This document shows positions 55,618 through 61,381 of a DNA stretch of 61,381 nucleotides, piece after piece. Positions within the stretch are counted from its first letter, which is position 1. Each line of letters opens with the position of its first letter. The translations under genes were made by a program, and so were the position numbers. Below the pieces are notes generated by a model. The model was not told the origin of the DNA. It searched no databases and was given only the letters and a program-made list of their open reading frames with translations. Location: NCBI GenBank assembly GCA_036491415.1, contig DASXCC010000132.1:1-61381 (forward strand). The letters are read 5' to 3'. The DNA is from Terriglobales bacterium (GTDB taxonomy: Bacteria; Acidobacteriota; Terriglobia; Terriglobales; Acidobacteriaceae).

Positions 55618-58413
55618 ATGCCCACCTTTTATGACCGATTTGTAGAGTGCGCCGAACGCTGGCCGCAGAACGTTGCCCTGGAAATCCAATGTCGCGACCG
55701 GACGGAAAGCTTCACCTACGCGGAAACCCGGCAAATGGCGGAATCTCTGGGCCGATGGTTGGAGGAGCAGCAACTTGAGCCCGGAACGCGCTGCGCCATT
55801 CTGGCGGATAACCATCCTCGCTGGGTTGTGACTTTTTTAGGAATTATCGCGGCCGGCTGTACCGCCGTTCCGCTCGATACGGCATTCCATGCAGATCAAG
55901 TCGCCAAGCTGCTGAAGGACAGCGGCGCGGCGCTGATCTTCAGCGATAAAAAACATTTTTTGATTTCGCAGGAAGCGGTCCGCGACATGCCGGTAAAGAT
56001 CGTGGTTACAAATCCGTCAGATGAAATCTCTGGAGTGACGGAAGTGACGGGGACGGACGTCTTGCTCGCGAGCGCTGACTTACCTGTCATCGCGGATCTG
56101 GATTTGATTTTTGCTTCAGGTAGCGGAAACTTTTCGCCGCGCGTGGTGGACTCGCAATCGCTTGTTTCCCTGCTTTACACCTCAGGAACGACCGCCGATC
56201 CCAAGGGCGTGATGCTCACGCATGACAATTTAATGGGCGAGGTGAATGCCGTTTATAGCTGGGCAAAGCTCGGCCCGGACGATGCCATTCTCGGCGTGCT
56301 GCCGCTGTTCCATGTTCTCTCGCAAATGGCCAATCTTCTTTTGCCGCTGGTGAACGGCGCCCACGCGGTTTTTCTGGAGACGCTCAATACCACCGAGCTG
56401 ATTCGTGCTCTTAGCGAACGCGGGATTACCGCTTTCGCTGTGGTGCCACAATTTTTCTATCTGGTCCACGAGCGAATATTTAAAGAGGCGGCGAAAAAAG
56501 GCGCGCTTACGCGCTTCGCCCTGCGTTGGCTGATGAAGCTGAATCGGGGATTGCGCAAGATTGGCATTAACGCAGGTCCGGTTTTCTTTGGAAAAATTCA
56601 CAAGACCTTTGGCAGCAAAATGCGTTTTCTGGTCACAGGCGGATCGCGCTTTGATCCACAGATCGGGCACGACTTTTACGCCCTCGGCATTGACGTGCTG
56701 CAAGCCTACGGACTCACAGAAACCACGGGCGGGGCGTTTGTGAATCCTCCCAATGACAATGTGATTGGCTCCGTCGGGAAAGCGCTGAAGGGCGTGGAAG
56801 GCAAAATTCTCAATCCGCAACCGCAGGAAAGCGGGCCTCCTGTTGGTGAAATTGCCATACGCGGCACGCTCATTATGAAGGCTTACTGGAACCGTCCCGA
56901 TGCAACCGCGGAAGTTTTGAAGGACGGTTGGCTGCATACCGGAGACCTTGGCTATTTCGACGCCGACAATAACCTGTTCATTACAGGACGCATGAAAGAA
57001 GTCATCGTCCTCAGCAACGGGAAAAATGTTTATCCCGAGGAGATCGAAGCTTACTACCTGAAGACTCCGTACATAAAAGAACTATGCGTCATGGGTATCG
57101 AGGGCACGCCGGGCGATCCCACCTCCGAACGCCTGCATGCTGTTGTGGTGCCAAATTTTGAGGTGCTTCGCGAACGAAAAATCGTCAATGTGAAAGAAGT
57201 CATTCGCTTTGATATCGAATCGCTTTCGGCACAGATGGCTTCGACAAAAAGAATCGGCAGCTATGAAATCTGGCAGGAAGACTTGCCGCGCACCACAACC
57301 CGCAAGCTGAAACGTTTTGAAATTGAAAAGCGGGTGCGGGCGAACTGGGGAAAAACCCAGGGCCTGGATGCGGAAATTTCAAACGAAAAACCTTTGACCG
57401 AAGAAGAAACAGCATGGATGGAACGAGACGACGTGCAGCGAGCCATTGCCATTCTTCGTGAATCGGCACGAAAAGCTCCGGCGCGGATTTCTCCTAACCA
57501 CAACCTGGAGCTCGACCTTGGGCTCGATTCCATGCAGCGCGTAGAAACATTAGTTGCTCTGGAACAGGAATTAGGCGGCGACGTCGAGGAATCGCAACTC
57601 GCGGGAATTTATACCGTCCGCGAATTCGTCGATGTGGTGCGCGAAAGCGCGGCCAGCGGCAAAAAAAGTACGCGGGCCGAATTTGCCGGATGGGATTCCG
57701 TATTGAAAGATGCTTCCTGCGATTCGGAATTTCGCGAAATCGCCGAACCGCATTTATTCAAAGAGCTGTTCTGGTTTGTGGTTTCCCGCTTCGTGAAATG
57801 GTTTTCGCTGGTGGCTTTCCGGCTGAAGGTAAACGGACAGGAAAAGATTCCAGCAAAAGGACCGTTTCTTCTCTGCTCCAATCATCAGAGCTTTCTCGAT
57901 GCAATCATCATGGCTGCGTACTTGCCGTGGCCAGTATTTCGCAAGTCGTTTGCTGTAGGCACCAGCGAAATCTTCGGTACGGGCTTCATGCGGACACTTG
58001 CCCGCTGGCTGCGCGTGGTTGTCGTTGATCCCGATGCGAACCTGATTCCCGCCATGCGTGCGGGCTCCTGCGGTCTGCGCCATGGCTGCATTCTTATTCT
58101 CTACCCGGAAGGCGAACGCACGATTGATGGGACCGTGCGCACCTTCAAAAAAGGCGCGGCGATTTTATCCGCGCACCTCCAGGTCCCGATTGTTCCCGTC
58201 GCGATCGACGGATTTTTCGATGCATGGCCGCGCGGCAAGTTTTTCCAAAAGTTCGCGCCGTTGAAAATGATGTTTGGGGATACCATTCTGCCGCCCAACC
58301 GACCACCGATTTCCGAGGCGGATTATGAAAACCTTACAGCAGACTTGAAGACGAAAGTTGTGGCTATGTGGGAGAAATTGCACAGCGGTAAAGCTGGCAG
58401 CGGAACGAAATAA
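55618..58413 (+). CDS. tri-domain protein: long-chain acyl-AMP/CoA ligase + acyl-carrier (PP-binding) domain + PlsC-type lysophospholipid acyltransferase
   Basis: AMP-binding motifs LYTSGTTADPKGV, AYGLTET, TGDLG, GRMKEVIVLSNGKNVYPEEIE. Carrier motif LGLDSMQRVE (Ser codon 57529..57531). Acyltransferase HX4D NHQSFLD (57880..57900) and YPEGERT. Confidence 0.85.
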   Translation: MPTFYDRFVECAERWPQNVALEIQCRDRTESFTYAETRQMAESLGRWLEEQQLEPGTRCAILADNHPRWVVTFLGIIAAGCTAVPLDTAFHADQVAKLLKDSGAALIFSDKKHFLISQEAVRDMPVKIVVTNPSDEISGVTEVTGTDVLLASADLPVIADLDLIFASGSGNFSPRVVDSQSLVSLLYTSGTTADPKGVMLTHDNLMGEVNAVYSWAKLGPDDAILGVLPLFHVLSQMANLLLPLVNGAHAVFLETLNTTELIRALSERGITAFAVVPQFFYLVHERIFKEAAKKGALTRFALRWLMKLNRGLRKIGINAGPVFFGKIHKTFGSKMRFLVTGGSRFDPQIGHDFYALGIDVLQAYGLTETTGGAFVNPPNDNVIGSVGKALKGVEGKILNPQPQESGPPVGEIAIRGTLIMKAYWNRPDATAEVLKDGWLHTGDLGYFDADNNLFITGRMKEVIVLSNGKNVYPEEIEAYYLKTPYIKELCVMGIEGTPGDPTSERLHAVVVPNFEVLRERKIVNVKEVIRFDIESLSAQMASTKRIGSYEIWQEDLPRTTTRKLKRFEIEKRVRANWGKTQGLDAEISNEKPLTEEETAWMERDDVQRAIAILRESARKAPARISPNHNLELDLGLDSMQRVETLVALEQELGGDVEESQLAGIYTVREFVDVVRESAASGKKSTRAEFAGWDSVLKDASCDSEFREIAEPHLFKELFWFVVSRFVKWFSLVAFRLKVNGQEKIPAKGPFLLCSNHQSFLDAIIMAAYLPWPVFRKSFAVGTSEIFGTGFMRTLARWLRVVVVDPDANLIPAMRAGSCGLRHGCILILYPEGERTIDGTVRTFKKGAAILSAHLQVPIVPVAIDGFFDAWPRGKFFQKFAPLKMMFGDTILPPNRPPISEADYENLTADLKTKVVAMWEKLHSGKAGSGTK

Positions 58414-58962
58414 TCACTTCATTCGTTTCAGCATCACCACCGCCATGCCCGCACCCATAAAAATCGGCGGCCCGTGAATATTGCGCAGGTATGTGAGAAC
58501 GACAGCTCCAATCAAAATAAACAAAGCGCCGCCCCAATCCTGCGGCCGCTTATTCTTCAGCAAAAGCCATATCGCCAAAGCGCCTAACAATCCAGCGCCG
58601 GCAATCGAAGCGCCGCCACCGTAAGGCTCCCATCTAAGCGCGATGAATTCGGTGGCAATTCCGGAGACGAAATACAAAATCAGCCAGCGTGAACTGCCGA
58701 AAATCCTTTCTACCAATACGCCAACAACAGCAATTGCTGGAAAGTTGAATGCAATCTGTTTCCATCCGTCGGCATGAACAAATAGCGCCGTAATCAGACG
58801 CCAATATTCATGCCCGGCAATGGCTGTTGGCTGCCGTCGTAATGCTGGCAACAGCGGCGGAAATACGAATTGCATAGCGGTAACCAACGCCGTAATTGCA
58901 AGCACAACAATTGTGGCGATGGGCAGGCTGGATTTATTTTGCTCGAGGGTGCGTCCGGTCAT
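58414..58962 (-). CDS. rhomboid family intramembrane serine protease
   Basis: [12 protein letters not shown]....[15 protein letters not shown] (GxSx) and [12 protein letters not shown] (His) motifs, with six TM helices. The stop codon abuts the stop of the convergent gene. Confidence 0.7.
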   Translation of the reverse strand: MTGRTLEQNKSSLPIATIVVLAITALVTAMQFVFPPLLPALRRQPTAIAGHEYWRLITALFVHADGWKQIAFNFPAIAVVGVLVERIFGSSRWLILYFVSGIATEFIALRWEPYGGGASIAGAGLLGALAIWLLLKNKRPQDWGGALFILIGAVVLTYLRNIHGPPIFMGAGMAVVMLKRMK

Positions 58963-59848
58963 ACACTTCCATTACGTGCTTCATGGAAAGTTGAGTATAA
59001 CGTTGCGTCGTGGAAAGCCGCTCATGGCCTAGCATTTCCTGAATAGCGCGCAAGTCCGCGCCTTCCTCCAGTAAGTGCGTTCCGAAAGCATGGCGCAAGG
59101 TGTGCGGATGCACATCCGGCGAAAGCCCTTTGGCTACGGCAATTATTTTTATGATTCGGCCTACGCTGCGCGTGGTGAGACGGCCTCCGCGCTGATTGAT
59201 CAATAAGGCAGGAGTTGATTTCTTTTTTTCAGCAAGCAATTTTTGCCGCGCAGGCATATATTGCGCCATCGCCGTGCTCACCGAATCTCCAAACGGAACG
59301 TAGCGCTGCTTCTTCCCTTTTCCGCGAATCAGAATAGCTTCATTGCCGTGGCTGATGTCGTCGGTGTTGATGCCCACGAGCTCGGAGTTGCGAATGCCAC
59401 ATCCGTAAAGCAATTCGAACATAAGCTGATCGCGTTCCGGGAATGCAGCCACCTCCGGCATTTTTCCGTCGAGGACCGAGTTGACCTCTTCAATCGTCGG
59501 CACGCGCGGCAGTTTTTTGGGAAGCTTGGGCGTCGAAACCAGGGCTGCAGGATTCTGCTCGACAATTCCTTCTTGCGCCAGCCAGCGATACAACGAACGC
59601 ACCGCAGCTAAAGATCGCGCGACAGAAGCCTTGCTCAAATCTTTTTCGTACAAATGCGAAAGAAACCCGCGGATGGTAATGTGATCAATATTTCGCCACT
59701 CTCGCGAACCGATATAGGAAGAGAAATTGTCGAGATCGCCCGCATAGGCTTTGATCGTGTGGGTAGACGAATTACGCTCGCGCAGGGTGCGCAGGAAATC
59801 GTCCACCGCTTTTTCGACTGTCGTTCTTTTGGCTTCTGATTTCGCCAT
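58934..59848 (-). CDS. xerC: site-specific tyrosine recombinase XerC-like
   Basis: [39 protein letters not shown] (R..HxxR..Y catalytic set) and an N-terminal SAM-like domain. Confidence 0.8.
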   Translation of the reverse strand: MAKSEAKRTTVEKAVDDFLRTLRERNSSTHTIKAYAGDLDNFSSYIGSREWRNIDHITIRGFLSHLYEKDLSKASVARSLAAVRSLYRWLAQEGIVEQNPAALVSTPKLPKKLPRVPTIEEVNSVLDGKMPEVAAFPERDQLMFELLYGCGIRNSELVGINTDDISHGNEAILIRGKGKKQRYVPFGDSVSTAMAQYMPARQKLLAEKKKSTPALLINQRGGRLTTRSVGRIIKIIAVAKGLSPDVHPHTLRHAFGTHLLEEGADLRAIQEMLGHERLSTTQRYTQLSMKHVMEVYDRTHPRAK

Positions 59849-59878
59849 TCTTTATCCAATTTTATTTATCAACTTTAT

Positions 59879-60832
59879 TTATCCAGCTTTGCTTTTCGCC
59901 CTGGGATGATGTTTCTGGTAAACATTTTTCAGCCGGTCCAGCGCCAAATGCGTGTACACCTGCGTGGTGGAAATATCCGAATGTCCGAGAATGGTCTGGA
60001 CCGTCCGAAGATCGGCGCCGTTTTCCACCATGTGCGTGGCGCAACTGTGGCGTAGCATATGCGGACTCGCATGGCGACCCGCCGACGCAGAAGCCGCATT
60101 CACCATTTGCCACACCCGCTGCCGCGATAACTTCTTCGCGCCCCTGCCAAGAAACAAGAATGGCGAGTTCTTCCCCAATGCCAACATCGGCCGGGAAGTT
60201 TTTAAATAATCACTTACAATCCCTTGCGATGCCCGCCCGATCGGCACCACCCGTTCTTTATCACCCTTGCCATGAACCAACACACATCCAAGTTCCAGTT
60301 TTAAATCTTGCAACTTCACGCCAATAATCTCCGACACACGCAGCGCAGCTGCATAAAACATTTCCAGCATGGCACGATCGCGGATGGCCATCGCCGCCGC
60401 TTCTTTGCGGTTCGACGTCGCATGGGGAGCTTGCAGCATAGTTTCTACTTCCGCGCGCGCCAGCGCTTTTGGCAAAACCTTCCACTGCTTGGGACTGTCA
60501 ATATTCAGGGTGGGGTCATAACTGATTTTTTTATCCAGCAACAAATACTTGTAAAGATGCCGTAATGCAGAAAGCTTCCGCCCCACCGACCGCCCGTCGA
60601 TGGAATTGCTGAATAGCTGTTGGATGAAATCTTTGACGTCTTCGCGCCGGGCATTCCCCAGCACCCGTTTGCGCTCTTCAAGAAATGCCGCGAACTGGCC
60701 AATGTCGCGCGTGTATGCGGCAATGGTAAGAGACGCGAGTCCCTTTTCAATTTTCAGGTAATCGAGGAATGCAGTGACGACGCGGGAATTAGCTTCCGAA
60801 GGCACAATTGCTAATACAACATTATCGGACAC
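59879..60832 (-). CDS. xerD: site-specific tyrosine recombinase XerD
   Basis: FLDYLKIEKGLASLTIAAYTRDI, HMLRHSCATHMVENGADLRTVQTILGHSDISTTQVYTHL. GTG start. Confidence 0.85.
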   Translation of the reverse strand: MSDNVVLAIVPSEANSRVVTAFLDYLKIEKGLASLTIAAYTRDIGQFAAFLEERKRVLGNARREDVKDFIQQLFSNSIDGRSVGRKLSALRHLYKYLLLDKKISYDPTLNIDSPKQWKVLPKALARAEVETMLQAPHATSNRKEAAAMAIRDRAMLEMFYAAALRVSEIIGVKLQDLKLELGCVLVHGKGDKERVVPIGRASQGIVSDYLKTSRPMLALGKNSPFLFLGRGAKKLSRQRVWQMVNAASASAGRHASPHMLRHSCATHMVENGADLRTVQTILGHSDISTTQVYTHLALDRLKNVYQKHHPRAKSKAG

Positions 60833-60862
60833 TGCGAAAAGTGACCAGAGGGATTCCCGAAA

Positions 60863-61381
60863 TCAAGCGCCCCTGACTTCTTTCAACACTTCAACCGCAT
60901 AAATCGCGCCTTGCGGCGTCTCCTCGTGCTTGAAGTAGGCAAAAACATTGCGGCCCGCGTCGATGTGCTCGCGAAGATGCTTCACCATTTCTTTTCGTTC
61001 TTCCGGTGTATAGGTTGGCTTGCGGTAGCGATAGTAAGCAAAGTCGGCGGTCAAAACATCGGGCGTAACGCGCTCTTCGGTTTCAGCCACGCATAGTGCG
61101 CGATTGTGTTTTTTGAGCAGATCGAAAATCGCATCGGTAAACCACGACTCATGGCGGAACTCGAAAGCTGCTGGAACTCCCCGCGGGACAATCGCCAGAA
61201 ATTCTTCCAGCACTGCGGCATCGGCTTTCATATTTGGTGGAAGTTGGAAAAGCACCGGCCCCATCTTCCCTGCCTGCGCCAGCGGAGCGATGGTGCTGAA
61301 AAATCGCGGCAGAAAGTCATCTGTATTTTTCAGCCGCTTGATGTGGGTGATTACCTGGTGCGCTTTCACGCCGAGCTGAAA
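60863..61381 (-). CDS. DUF72 (UPF0759) family protein, C-terminal part; N-terminus lies beyond the right edge
   Basis: FEFRHESWF and YYRYR motifs. The reading frame stays open to position 61381 (FQLGVKAHQVITH...). Confidence 0.75.
   Translation of the reverse strand, partial: FQLGVKAHQVITHIKRLKNTDDFLPRFFSTIAPLAQAGKMGPVLFQLPPNMKADAAVLEEFLAIVPRGVPAAFEFRHESWFTDAIFDLLKKHNRALCVAETEERVTPDVLTADFAYYRYRKPTYTPEERKEMVKHLREHIDAGRNVFAYFKHEETPQGAIYAVEVLKEVRGA

Noticed and set aside
58934-60862. Tandem recombinases as a mobile element (recombinase-in-trio or integrative element)
   Set aside because: There are only two recombinases, and both have XerC/XerD-type sequence. No third recombinase, flanking direct repeats, tRNA target or cargo genes are present. 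The neighbours are ordinary chromosomal genes.

Overview
Gene-dense, moderately GC-rich chromosomal segment with about 60 protein genes on both strands. Most are housekeeping genes: glnS, lysS, secA, eno, gpmI, lysA, hpt, xseB-ispA, fur, xerC/xerD, an atpZ-atpI-atpB-atpE F0 operon, a stand-alone nuoI, a UbiD-family decarboxylase and a fused homocysteine-methyltransferase/MTHFR. Signalling genes include PAS-GGDEF-EAL, GAF-GAF-PP2C and a 909-aa HEAT/PilZ protein. Regulators of the PadR, LysR, Rrf2 and Fur families are present, along with many small or uncharacterised membrane and secreted proteins. The protein set (coiled-coil porin, choice-of-anchor D protein, DUF-rich envelope proteins) suggests Acidobacteriota, but this is inference only. 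I found no rRNA, tRNA, CRISPR array, transposase or prophage, and no compact defence-like island. One structured RNA is clear: a fluoride riboswitch upstream of crcB-DUF190. The items most worth follow-up are: (1) a 931-aa single polypeptide joining an acyl-AMP ligase, a carrier domain and a PlsC-type acyltransferase; (2) several SD-less genes with a near-consensus -10 hexamer 7-8 nt upstream of the ATG, which looks like leaderless transcription, some with palindromic operators over the -35 region; (3) an unannotated 48-codon membrane-protein gene with its own promoter, strong SD and terminator; (4) a HEAT/PilZ c-di-GMP receptor candidate with a possible ATT start; (5) several short tandem-repeat arrays and a dispersed REP-like motif in intergenic regions. 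All functional calls come from motif recognition by eye. No database search was run.
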